Shown here one piece after another: positions 41,321-50,312 of a stretch of 64,000 nt of DNA (the first letter of the stretch is position 1; each line of letters starts with the position of its first letter). The DNA is taken from assembly GCA_963762585.1 (NCBI GenBank), contig CAVXLF010000023.1, positions 219,515 to 283,514 of the forward strand. Direction: 5' to 3'. Position numbers and translations under genes: made by a program. Source of the DNA: an uncultured Verrucomicrobiae bacterium. Lineage in GTDB: Bacteria > Verrucomicrobiota > Verrucomicrobiia > Limisphaerales > UBA11358. Under the pieces are notes generated by a model. It was not told where the DNA came from, did not search any database, and was given only the letters and a program-made list of their open reading frames with translations.

Positions 41321-41818
41321 ATGCTTCGCCAGATACAGCGAAAAAAAGTTCAATCGCCGGGCGGAACCTTTGCCATCGTGGCGTCGCGCTACAACGCGCG
41401 TTACGTGGACGCCATGCTGCGCGCGGCCCGGACGGAATTGTCGCGCGCCGGAGTTTCGAAAGTCCAAATTATTCGCGTGCCCGGCGCGTATGAGATTCCA
41501 GTGGTGGCGGCCCGGCTCGCCCGGAACGCCTCCCGCATCCTGCATCCCGCCTCCCGTTTCTCCGCCATCATCTGCCTCGGCGTGATTTTGCGCGGCGAAA
41601 CGGTTCACGCCGCGCACATCGGCGAAGCGGTCAGCCGCGCGCTCATGGAAATCCAGATCGCGCACGAGATTCCCGTCATTCACGAGGTGCTGCTTTTGGA
41701 AAACGAGGCGCAGGCGCGCGTTCGCTGCCTCGGCGCAAAACACAATCGCGGAACGGAAGCGGCGCAGGCGGCCCTCGCCATGGCGCAGGTCATTACGGGT
41801 TTAAGCCCGACCGCCTAA
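41321..41818 (+). CDS. ribH: 6,7-dimethyl-8-ribityllumazine synthase
   Basis: SRYN, VPGAYEIP, ICLGVILRGETVH. Confidence 0.93.
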   Translation: MLRQIQRKKVQSPGGTFAIVASRYNARYVDAMLRAARTELSRAGVSKVQIIRVPGAYEIPVVAARLARNASRILHPASRFSAIICLGVILRGETVHAAHIGEAVSRALMEIQIAHEIPVIHEVLLLENEAQARVRCLGAKHNRGTEAAQAALAMAQVITGLSPTA

Positions 41819-41858
41819 AAGTCGTTAAATACAAGTAATTAATGATAATGATGAGCGC

Positions 41859-41876
41859 TTGTGAAAAATTTCACAT
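41859..41876. promoter_or_regulatory. Rex/CRP-type palindromic operator upstream of the oxidase operon
   Basis: TTGTGAA-AAAT-TTCACAT; contains an exact TGTGA-N6-TCACA. Confidence 0.6.
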
Positions 41877-41945
41877 AATTCTTGCCGCTCACAGTTGTGA
41901 CTGTTAAGTTGTAGCTGGTTTTTGCGCTTCCAAAGCCAAAAAAGT

Positions 41946-42647
41946 ATGAAAAAACTCTCGTTAGTCGTTTTGATTGCGGTGCTTGTGGGCGTGCCCGGCG
42001 CGCAGGCGGCGGACATCATCGGCACCATCACGCTCAACGGCACGCCGCCGCCGGAAGTGCCCTACACGCCGCTCATGAACGATCCCACCTGCGGCGCGAT
42101 GTACACCACCACACCCACGACGCATTTTTATGTGGTCGGGCCGAATCATGAACTGGCCGACGTCATCGTTTCCTTGAAGGGTGTCACGGGCAAATCCACC
42201 GGTGCGAACCAGCCGCCGGTCATGCTGGATCAGAAAGGCTGTCTGTATCAGCCCCAGATTCTGGCGATGCAGACGGGCCAGAAACTCACGGTCAAAAACT
42301 CCGACCCGTGCATTCACAATGTTCACTGTGTGCCGGCCGCGTCCGGCAATCTGGAGTCCAATCAGGTGCAAATGCCGGGCGGCCCGGACCTGACCTATGC
42401 GTTTTCCCAACCGGAGATGTTCCTGAAATTCAAATGCGACGTGCATCCGTGGATGTTTGCCTGGGTAAGCGTGTTTGACAGCCCTTATTATTCTCTCAGC
42501 GACAAGGCGGGTAAATTTGTCATCAAGAATGTGCCGCCCGGGAAATACACCGTGGAGGCGGATCACCGCAAACTCGGCACCTTGACCAGGGACGTGGAGG
42601 TCAAGGACGGTGAGGTGACGGTGAATTTTTCTTTTGACGTCAAATAA
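41946..42647 (+). CDS. Periplasmic cupredoxin-like / carboxypeptidase-regulatory-like protein
   Basis: Signal peptide, HNVH ... KCDVHPWM (type-1 Cu-like ligands), 'KFVIKNVPPGKYTV'. Confidence 0.72.
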   Translation: MKKLSLVVLIAVLVGVPGAQAADIIGTITLNGTPPPEVPYTPLMNDPTCGAMYTTTPTTHFYVVGPNHELADVIVSLKGVTGKSTGANQPPVMLDQKGCLYQPQILAMQTGQKLTVKNSDPCIHNVHCVPAASGNLESNQVQMPGGPDLTYAFSQPEMFLKFKCDVHPWMFAWVSVFDSPYYSLSDKAGKFVIKNVPPGKYTVEADHRKLGTLTRDVEVKDGEVTVNFSFDVK

Positions 42648-42700
42648 GTCGGGAATCAGAGCGGCCCCGATCGTGGGTCGGGGTTTTACCTTTAACCAAA

Positions 42701-43812
42701 ATGACTGAAAACGCGGTCGTAAAAACAAATCGCCCGTTGCATTGGTTCGCGGTGCTGACGGCGCTGTTCACCTTTTTGCTGCTCGGCGCGGGCGGCCTGG
42801 TCACCAGTCATGGCGCCGGCATGTCCGTGCCCGACTGGCCAAACAGCTACGGCTACAACATGTTTTTGTTTCCGCCTTCCCAGTGGATTGGCGGCATTTT
42901 CTACGAACACACCCACCGGTTGATTGCTTCCGGCGTCGGGCTGATGACGACCATTCTCGCCGTCTGGCTCTGGTTCAAGGACCCGCGCAAATGGATGCAC
43001 TGGCTGGGCATGGGAGCCTTTCTCCTGGTGGTGGCGCAAGGGGTTCTCGGCGGCTTGCGCGTGGTTCTGGCCGATGCGCAGCTCGGTATTTTTCACGCCA
43101 TCATCGGGCAATTGTTTTTTGTTTTGACCGGCGCGATTGCCCTGTTCACGAGCCGGTTTTGGCAAAGATAAAACCTCCAACCGGGCAGGGCGGGCAATCC
43201 TCTGACCGCCGTCGGCCGAACGGAGTGACGCGCCCTACTGGATCGAACCTGCGACGGCTCGTATTGGTGACAACGGTGCTGATTTTCTGCCAGTTGATCA
43301 TCGGCGCGACGATGCGGCAGCAGCACGCCGGTCTGGCCATCTCCGATTTCCCGCTCGCTTATGGAAAAATCTGGCCCGACACCAGCGCCGTTGCCGTTCA
43401 AGGTTACAACGAACATCGCATGGACGTGACGGCGGAAAATCCCATCACGGCGTTTCAAATTGTTTTGCAAATGATTCATCGCCTCGTCGCCCTGACGATT
43501 GGCGTGTTGACCGTGGCCTGCGCGTGGCAGGCGTGGCGGCGGCTGGGCAAAAAGGATTCGCTGACGAAACTCGCGTGGTTCTGGCTGGCATTGATATTGG
43601 GGCAGATCCTGCTCGGGGCGGCGACCATCTGGTCGAACAAGGCTGCCGACGTGGCGACCGCGCACGTGCTGGGCGGCGCACTTTCGCTCGTGACAGGCGC
43701 GCTCTGGTATATTATTGCTTTCCGCCGTTCGGCGGGGTCGTCTGAAATTGCGCCAGCCGCAACAATATCCGGCGCGTATGGAGCCGTTCCGGCCATGGCC
43801 GCAAACAAGTGA
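42701..43812 (+). CDS. ctaA: Heme A synthase (COX15/CtaA), frameshifted near 43163
   Basis: GAGMSVPDWP, EHTHR, H..IGQ in one frame; HAGLAISDFP, IHR, AH in the next; one extra A in CAAAG would fuse them. Confidence 0.85.
43184..43238. repeat. REP doublet (same family as 14812-14902, reversed) inside ctaA
   Basis: GCAGGGCGGGCAATCCTCTGACCGCC ... ACGGAGTGACGCGCCCTAC. Confidence 0.8.
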
Positions 43813-43813
43813 A

Positions 43814-44731
43814 ATGAAAGAAGCCTCGGTGGAAATATTAAGCGTTCCGGCCTCCCGGGTCGGGGCCGTCGAAAAAAGTTGGGTGTCGGTCTTCGCCGAT
43901 CTGGTCAAGGCGCGGTTGACGACATTGGTGCTGCTGACGACGCTCGTCGGCTTTTACGTCGGCTGGCGTGGTCCGATGGATTTCGCACTCATGTTCAACC
44001 TGCTGGCGGCCACGGCGCTGGTCGCGGCCGGCGCGGCGGCGCTGAACCAGTTGCTCGAACGCGAGTACGACGCCAAAATGCGCCGCACGCAAACCCGTCC
44101 GCTGCCGGCGGGCCGTTTGCAACCGACCAGCGTGATGCTGTTTGGCGGTGTCTGCGCGGTGACGGGCCTGGTCTATCTCGCCCTGGCGGTCAATCTCCTG
44201 ACCTGCGTCATCGGCGCGGTCACGCTCATCAGCTATTTGTTCATCTACACGCCGCTGAAGCGCGTGACGTGGTTGAACACACTGGTCGGGGCGGTGCCCG
44301 GCGCCTTGCCGCCGTTGATGGGCTGGACGGCGGCGCGCGGTGAATTGAGCGGTGAAGGCTGGGCGTTGTTCGCCGTGGTGGCCTTCTGGCAGATCCCACA
44401 TTTCATGGCCATTGCGTGGATGTATCGCGACGAATACGCGCGCGCCGGTTTCAAAATGTTGCCGGTGATTGATCCGGACGGCCATCGCACCGGGCAACAG
44501 GCCGTGAGCCATACGCTGGCGTTGTTCTTCATGAGTTTGTGTCCCTTCGCCTTCAAGCTCGCCGGCCCGGTTTATCTGACGGGCGCCCTGGTCCTGGGCG
44601 CGGGCTTTCTGGCGTGCGCCATTCAGTTTTCCCGGCAGCTCACGCTGGCGCGGGCCCGGCAATTGTTTCTGGCCTCAATTCTGTATCTGCCGCTGTTGTT
44701 GGCGGTGATGGTGTTGGACAAAGTAAGATAA
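43814..44731 (+). CDS. ctaB: Heme O synthase (protoheme IX farnesyltransferase)
   Basis: LNQLLEREYDAKMRRTQTRPLP, YTPLKR, WQIPHF, YRDEY. Confidence 0.95.
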   Translation: MKEASVEILSVPASRVGAVEKSWVSVFADLVKARLTTLVLLTTLVGFYVGWRGPMDFALMFNLLAATALVAAGAAALNQLLEREYDAKMRRTQTRPLPAGRLQPTSVMLFGGVCAVTGLVYLALAVNLLTCVIGAVTLISYLFIYTPLKRVTWLNTLVGAVPGALPPLMGWTAARGELSGEGWALFAVVAFWQIPHFMAIAWMYRDEYARAGFKMLPVIDPDGHRTGQQAVSHTLALFFMSLCPFAFKLAGPVYLTGALVLGAGFLACAIQFSRQLTLARARQLFLASILYLPLLLAVMVLDKVR

Positions 44732-44732
44732 C

Positions 44733-46604
44733 ATGGAACCGCTGGTTCATACCTTTCCCCCGTATCGCGAACGCGAGGCGGCTCACGCGCATGAGGCGCA
44801 CGCGCATCACGAGGACATCGGTTTCTGGCGCCAATACATTTTTTCGACCGACCACAAAATCATCGGCATTCAATACGGTTTCTCGGCGCTGTGTTTCATG
44901 CTGTTCGGATTTTTCCTGATGATGTTGATGCGCTGGCAGATTGCGCATCCCGGTTCGCCGGTGCCGGTCATCGGGCCGCTGCTGGCCAAAATCCTCGGCC
45001 AGCCCGCCGCCAATGGCGTGATCTCGCCGGAGCTTTACAATTCGTTCGGGGCGATGCACGGCACCATCATGGTCTTCCTGGCGATTGTGCCGCTGGCCTT
45101 CGCGGCGTTCGGCAATTATGTGGTGCCGCTGATGATCGGCGCGCCGGACATGGCGTTTCCGCGCGTCAACATGGCCAGCTACCAGGCTTACGTGCTGGGC
45201 GGCATGGTGATGGTGGTGAGCTTTTTCATTCCGGGCGGCGCCGCGCAGGCGGGCTGGACCTCGTATTCGCCGCTGGCGACGACCATTCCCACCGATGGCC
45301 AGTTTTTCTGGATCATTGGCATGGTTTTTTTGATCACGTCGTCGCTGCTCGGGGCCGTGAATTTTATCGCGACCATCATTCAATTGCGGGCGCCGGGCAT
45401 GACGTGGATGCGGCTGCCATTTTTCGTCTGGGCGCAGTTTGTGACGGCCTTTTTGTTGCTGCTCGCGTTCCCGCCGCTCGAAGCCGCGAGCCTGATGCAG
45501 TTGATGGACAACGTCGCGCACACGAGTTTCTTTCTGCCGACGGGCCTGGCCGTGGGCGGCCAACTGGCGCACATCAGCGGCGGTGGCAGCCCGTTGTTAT
45601 GGCAGCACCTGTTCTGGTTCCTGGGCCACCCGGAGGTGTATGTGTTGATTTTGCCGGCGATGGGCATTGTGTGTGAAATCATCGCCAACAACACCCGCAA
45701 ACCGGTCTGGGGCTACAAATCGCTGGTGTACTCGGTGCTCGCCATCGGTTTCCTGTCGTTCATCGTCTGGGCGCACCACATGTATCTGACCGGCATGGGC
45801 ACGAAAATCTCCGCCTTCTTTCAGGCGACGACCATGATCATATCCATTCCGTCGGTCATCATTCTGACGTGCCTGTTCATTTCGCTCTGGGGCGGTTCGA
45901 TTCGGTTTAACACACCGATGCTGTTCGCGCTGGCGTTCCTGCCGATGTTCGGCATCGGCGGGTTGACCGGCCTGCCGCTCGGCTTCAATGCCAGCGACGT
46001 TTATCTTCACGACACCTATTACGTCATCGCCCACTTCCATTACGTCGTGGCGCCTGGGACGATTTTTGGGCTGTTTGCGGGCATCTATTATTGGTTCCCC
46101 AAAATGACGGGCCGGAAAATGAATGAATTCTGGGGCCGGGTGCATTTCTGGGGCTCCCTGGTCTTCATGAACCTCGTTTTCATGCCGATGTTCGCGCAGG
46201 GCATCAAAGGCATGTTGCGGCGCATGGCCGACGGCGGCGCGAATTACTCCGCCGCGCGCGTGCCGGATGCGATTGGCACGCTGCCGGGCACCATCATGGA
46301 ACTTCACACGTGGATTCTTTGGGCGGCGATGGCGTTGGGCATCGCGCAAATTCCGTTCATCCTCAATTTGTTCTGGAGCATCCGGCATGGTGAAAAGGTT
46401 GGCGACAATCCGTGGCACTCGACCACGCTCGAATGGCAGACGCCCACGCCGCCACCGCATGGCAATTTCGCCGAGCCGCCGCAAATCTGTCGCGGTCCCT
46501 ACGAATACAGCGTGCCCGGCCACGACACGGATTTTACGCCCCAAAACGAACCGGACGCTCCGGCCATGACGCCGAATATTTCACCCGCGCCGGCCGCACC
46601 CTGA
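44733..46604 (+). CDS. ctaD: Heme-copper oxidase subunit I (A1-type)
   Basis: STDHKIIG, MHGT, DMAFPR, GHPEVY, WAHHM, HDTY, AHFHY. Confidence 0.96.
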   Translation: MEPLVHTFPPYREREAAHAHEAHAHHEDIGFWRQYIFSTDHKIIGIQYGFSALCFMLFGFFLMMLMRWQIAHPGSPVPVIGPLLAKILGQPAANGVISPELYNSFGAMHGTIMVFLAIVPLAFAAFGNYVVPLMIGAPDMAFPRVNMASYQAYVLGGMVMVVSFFIPGGAAQAGWTSYSPLATTIPTDGQFFWIIGMVFLITSSLLGAVNFIATIIQLRAPGMTWMRLPFFVWAQFVTAFLLLLAFPPLEAASLMQLMDNVAHTSFFLPTGLAVGGQLAHISGGGSPLLWQHLFWFLGHPEVYVLILPAMGIVCEIIANNTRKPVWGYKSLVYSVLAIGFLSFIVWAHHMYLTGMGTKISAFFQATTMIISIPSVIILTCLFISLWGGSIRFNTPMLFALAFLPMFGIGGLTGLPLGFNASDVYLHDTYYVIAHFHYVVAPGTIFGLFAGIYYWFPKMTGRKMNEFWGRVHFWGSLVFMNLVFMPMFAQGIKGMLRRMADGGANYSAARVPDAIGTLPGTIMELHTWILWAAMALGIAQIPFILNLFWSIRHGEKVGDNPWHSTTLEWQTPTPPPHGNFAEPPQICRGPYEYSVPGHDTDFTPQNEPDAPAMTPNISPAPAAP

Positions 46605-46612
46605 AACCTTTC

Positions 46613-47380
46613 ATGGAAATCCCCTACGCAGTTCATCCCCGGCCGGACACCGGCATCTATAACGCCAAGGTGGGCATCTGGCTGTTTCTCGCGTCCGAAG
46701 TCATGCTCTTCGGCGGACTTTTTTCCGGCTACGTGCTGTTGCGCGTCGGCGCCGATCAATGGCCGCACGGCTGGCTCAACGTCACGCTGGGCACCGCCAA
46801 TACCATCATCCTCGCGCTCTCGGCCATCACGACCCTGCTGGCATGGGTCGCGTGCAAGGTGGGGCAGTTCGGGAAATTCAAATTTTTCCACGCCTGCACG
46901 CTGTTGCTGGCACTGTCGTTTTTGTGCATCAAAGGTTATGAATACCACGACAAATTGATTCACTACGAAATCAAGCTCACCGACGGCCGCATCGCCGACG
47001 GGCACCGGATTGCGAGTGACGCCGATTCCGTGACGATTGAGGGCCGCTACGTGACCGACGAGAGCCAGCTTTATGATTTGCGCGCACAGAAGAACATCCC
47101 CCGCGACGAAATCAAAATCCCGCGTTCGCAAATCAAGTCCATGGAAAATTACGGTCCGTGGCACAACACGTATCTGGCGCTTTACTTCACGCTCACCGGC
47201 CTGCACGCGCTGCACATTCTTGGCGGCAGCATCGTCATCGGCTATCTGTGGGGACCGGGCCGGCGGCTGTGGAAGACTGACCCGCAACACTTTACCAACC
47301 GGGTTGAAGTCTCGGGGTTGTTCTGGCATTTCGTGGACCTGGTCTGGATTTTTCTGTTTCCGGTCTTATATTTGACTTGA
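46613..47380 (+). CDS. ctaE: Oxidase subunit III (short form with soluble insert)
   Basis: WLFLASEVMLF, YFTLTGLHALH, WHFVDLVWIFLF. Confidence 0.93.
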   Translation: MEIPYAVHPRPDTGIYNAKVGIWLFLASEVMLFGGLFSGYVLLRVGADQWPHGWLNVTLGTANTIILALSAITTLLAWVACKVGQFGKFKFFHACTLLLALSFLCIKGYEYHDKLIHYEIKLTDGRIADGHRIASDADSVTIEGRYVTDESQLYDLRAQKNIPRDEIKIPRSQIKSMENYGPWHNTYLALYFTLTGLHALHILGGSIVIGYLWGPGRRLWKTDPQHFTNRVEVSGLFWHFVDLVWIFLFPVLYLT

Positions 47381-47389
47381 TTGGAATTT

Positions 47390-47710
47390 ATGAGCGAATC
47401 GCATCCGGTTGATTTCAACAGTTACCTGCGCCGCTGCCTCTTCGTTTTCATCGCGGCCGTGTGCGCCGTGGCGTTGATGATCTGGGCGTCCTATTTGCCG
47501 CAGGATCACTTCAGTTGGCCGCTGAAGGTGGCCCTCATCCTGATCGTTGCCTGCTGCAACGCCCTCGTCGTTGCGGGGTTTCTCATGCACCTGATTTCCG
47601 AGAAAAAGATGGTTTACACCGTGTTGGGGTTCACCGTGTTCTTTTTTGCCGGCCTGCTGGCCCTGACCGTCTGGGCCATGCATGATTTCCCGGCCGGAAC
47701 GACCCATTGA
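47390..47710 (+). CDS. ctaF: Oxidase subunit IV
   Basis: Three TM helices, FLMHL motif, position after subunit III. Confidence 0.8.
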   Translation: MSESHPVDFNSYLRRCLFVFIAAVCAVALMIWASYLPQDHFSWPLKVALILIVACCNALVVAGFLMHLISEKKMVYTVLGFTVFFFAGLLALTVWAMHDFPAGTTH

Positions 47711-47711
47711 T

Positions 47712-47897
47712 ATGTCGCTGAAAGCCTTTCATCTTATTTTTGTGACGCTGCTGACGACGCTGTCGTTCGGCTGCGCGGCGTGGGGCTTTGCCGTTGGCCG
47801 GCCGTTCTTCGGCGTGCTTGGCATCGCCGCCGGCATCCTGGTCATCGTTTATGGAATTTATTTTCTGAAGAAACTGAAAAACGTGAGCTACCTATGA
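47712..47897 (+). CDS. Small two-TM protein in the oxidase operon
   Basis: MSLKAFHLIF...YFLKKLK; tightly packed, ATGA overlap with next gene. Confidence 0.7.
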   Translation: MSLKAFHLIFVTLLTTLSFGCAAWGFAVGRPFFGVLGIAAGILVIVYGIYFLKKLKNVSYL

Positions 47898-48142
47898 AAT
47901 TGCGCTGGAAAATCCTGGCCGCCGCCGCCGTGCTGGCGCCGTCGCCGCTGTTCGCCTGCGCCGCGTGTTACGGCCGGTCCGATTCACCGCTGGCCAGCGG
48001 CATGAACTGGGGCATCTTTACCCTGCTCGGCATCGTATTGACCGTGCTGACCTGCATCGCGCTGTTTTTCGTCCATGTCATCCGCGGCGAAAAGGAGCAT
48101 GGCCACAACGAACCGGCTCCGAAGAATCCTCCCGGCGTATGA
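47894..48142 (+). CDS. Small membrane protein with CxxC motif
   Basis: Signal-like N-terminus then ACAACYG, one TM helix; overlaps both neighbours. Confidence 0.7.
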   Translation: MKLRWKILAAAAVLAPSPLFACAACYGRSDSPLASGMNWGIFTLLGIVLTVLTCIALFFVHVIRGEKEHGHNEPAPKNPPGV

Positions 48143-48906
48143 CCGAGTGGTTTGCCAATCATATTCTCGGCATGCCCGAGCTGGCCTCAAAAAATGGCGC
48201 GTCGGTTGATGCCCTGATTGTCTATGTCCACTGGCTGATGATTGCGTTGTTCATCGGCTGGCTGATTTATTTTGGCTACGCGGTCTGGCGTTTTCGCGCC
48301 ACGCGCAATCCCAAGGCCGATTATCAGGGGGTCAGGAATCATGCGTCGAGTTACCTCGAGCTCACCGTGGCCGCCATCGAGGCCGTCCTCCTGTTGGGCG
48401 TGGCCATTCCGGTTTGGGCGAGGGCGGTGGACCATTTCCCGGACGCGAAGGACTCCACCGTCATCTACGTCATGGCGCAGCAATATGCCTGGAACATTCG
48501 TTACGCGGGCCCCGATGGTGTGTTTGGCCGGCAGGACATGAACTTCGTCACGTCGGACAATGTTTTTGGGGTTGATCCGTCCGACGCGAACGGCAAGGAC
48601 GACATCCAGACGCTCAATGAAATCCACGTTCCGGTCGGCAAACCCGTCATCGTCTATGTGAGCTCCAAGGACGTGATTCACTCCTTCAAAGTGGTGGCCA
48701 TGCGCGTTTGCCAGGACGCGATTCCCGGCCTGCGGATTCCCTGCTGGTTTACGCCCAACAAAATCGGCAAATACCAGGTCAATTGCGCCCAGCTTTGCGG
48801 TCCGGGCCACTCCAGCATGACCGGCGGTATTTTGATCGTGGAAAGCCAGGCGGATTTCAACAAGTGGATTGCTTCCAAGTCCGGCGCTTCCGCCAGCTTT
48901 GAATAG
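48139..48906 (+). CDS. ctaC: Oxidase subunit II (CuA)
   Basis: Two TM helices, QQYAW, DVIHSF, CAQLCGPGHSSM; no fused cytochrome c. Confidence 0.94.
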   Translation: MTEWFANHILGMPELASKNGASVDALIVYVHWLMIALFIGWLIYFGYAVWRFRATRNPKADYQGVRNHASSYLELTVAAIEAVLLLGVAIPVWARAVDHFPDAKDSTVIYVMAQQYAWNIRYAGPDGVFGRQDMNFVTSDNVFGVDPSDANGKDDIQTLNEIHVPVGKPVIVYVSSKDVIHSFKVVAMRVCQDAIPGLRIPCWFTPNKIGKYQVNCAQLCGPGHSSMTGGILIVESQADFNKWIASKSGASASFE

Positions 48907-48940
48907 ACGGCTGGTCTTGCCGGTGGCAGGATGGCTGGGC

Positions 48941-49598
48941 ATGAATGGTTCCCCTCAACGATTTCCACTGACGATTTGGGTCGGCTTTGGCCTGCTCTTC
49001 GGCGTGCTGGGTTTGATGTATCTGATTTCCCTGCTGGAATTCACCCAGGCCAGACAAAAAACGTTGCCCGTGATTGATCAGGTCGCTGATTTTGCGCTGA
49101 CCAATCAAACCGGCGAGGTGACGACGCTCGCCGATTTGACCAACCACGTCTGGGTCGCCGACATCATCTTCACCCGCTGCGCCGGGTCGTGCCCGATCAT
49201 GTCAACGGAAATGAAATCGCTGCAGGACGCGCTGCCCGCCGACAGCCCGGCAAAACTGGTCACGTTGACGACCGATCCCGATTACGACACGCCGGACATT
49301 TTGAAAAAATACGGCGAACATCATGGCGCCGATTTTCAGCGTTGGATCATTTTTGACCGGCTCCAAAAAGGAACTGGCCGGCCTGGCCACCGCCAGTTTG
49401 AAGCTGGGTTCCACGCCCGTGCCGCCCCAGGACCGGACCAATTCCGTTGACCTGTTTGTGCACAGCACAATTTTTGTGGTGGTGGACAAACAGGCGCGGC
49501 TGCGCGGCATTTTTGAAACGCAGGGCGAAGGTGTGGATTGGGCGAAGGTCAAACCGCAAATTCTCGCCACCGTGAAGGAATTGGAAGGCGAGCGATGA
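48941..49598 (+). CDS. SCO1/SenC copper chaperone, frameshifted near 49350
   Basis: FTRCAGSCP, TDPDYDTP in one frame; FLTG..HST.FVVVD..LRG in the next. Confidence 0.85.
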
Positions 49599-49691
49599 CT
49601 GCAACATGCCTCCCAAAATCGTGTTGGAGCGCCGCTCCGACCCGGCGTTTTGGATGCGGTCATTGACATCAAGCGGCCGAGGCCAGCGTTA

Positions 49692-50138
49692 ATGATGAAC
49701 ATCCACGATTTGCCCGCCGTCAACGCCTCGCTCAACGGTCTCAGCGCGGTTTTCCTGAGCGCCGGTTACATTTTCATCCGCCGCAAAAACCAGATGGCGC
49801 ATCGGAACTGCATGGTGGCGGCATTCGTCACCTCGGTCGTTTTTCTGGCGTGTTACCTCACTTACCACGGTTATCTCGCGGTGGTTTTGCATCAGGGACC
49901 GACGCGGTTTCTGCACCCGCTTTGGTTCCGTCCGATTTACCTGACGATCCTCCTCACGCACACGGTTTTGGCCGTGGTGATTGTGCCGCTGATTTTGGTG
50001 ACGCTTTACCGTGCAAAAAAGGAGCGCTTCGAGCTTCACAAGCGAATCGCGCGCTGGACCTGGCCGCTGTGGATGTATGTTTCCGTGACCGGGGTGATTG
50101 TCTATTTCCTGCTGTACCGGATTTTTCCACAGAGCTAA
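49692..50138 (+). CDS. DUF420 family membrane protein
   Basis: LPAVNASLN, HRNCM, FLACYL.YH, HKRIARW.WPLWMYVSVTGV. Confidence 0.88.
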   Translation: MMNIHDLPAVNASLNGLSAVFLSAGYIFIRRKNQMAHRNCMVAAFVTSVVFLACYLTYHGYLAVVLHQGPTRFLHPLWFRPIYLTILLTHTVLAVVIVPLILVTLYRAKKERFELHKRIARWTWPLWMYVSVTGVIVYFLLYRIFPQS

Positions 50139-50173
50139 AGCGCTTGATTCCAGGGTGGTGGTGCGGTATAAAT

Positions 50174-50237
50174 GGAGCGCGGAGCATTGCTCCGCGAGAA
50201 CCAAGGTTTACGCTGGCGGAGCATTGCTCCGCGCTCC
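50174..50237. repeat. GGAG-type REP doublet
   Basis: GGAGCGCGGAGCATTGCTCCGCG ... GCGGAGCATTGCTCCGCGCTCC. Confidence 0.8.
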
Positions 50238-50312
50238 GAAAACTGCAAATTGTACCCTTGCCAATCCCAGCAAGAACTTGTCTTGTTGCGCCGAATCAGC
50301 GAAAACCAACGC

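Noticed and set aside
49625-49690. Degenerate GGAG-type REP pair
   Set aside because: Too decayed to call confidently; consistent with the REP family already reported
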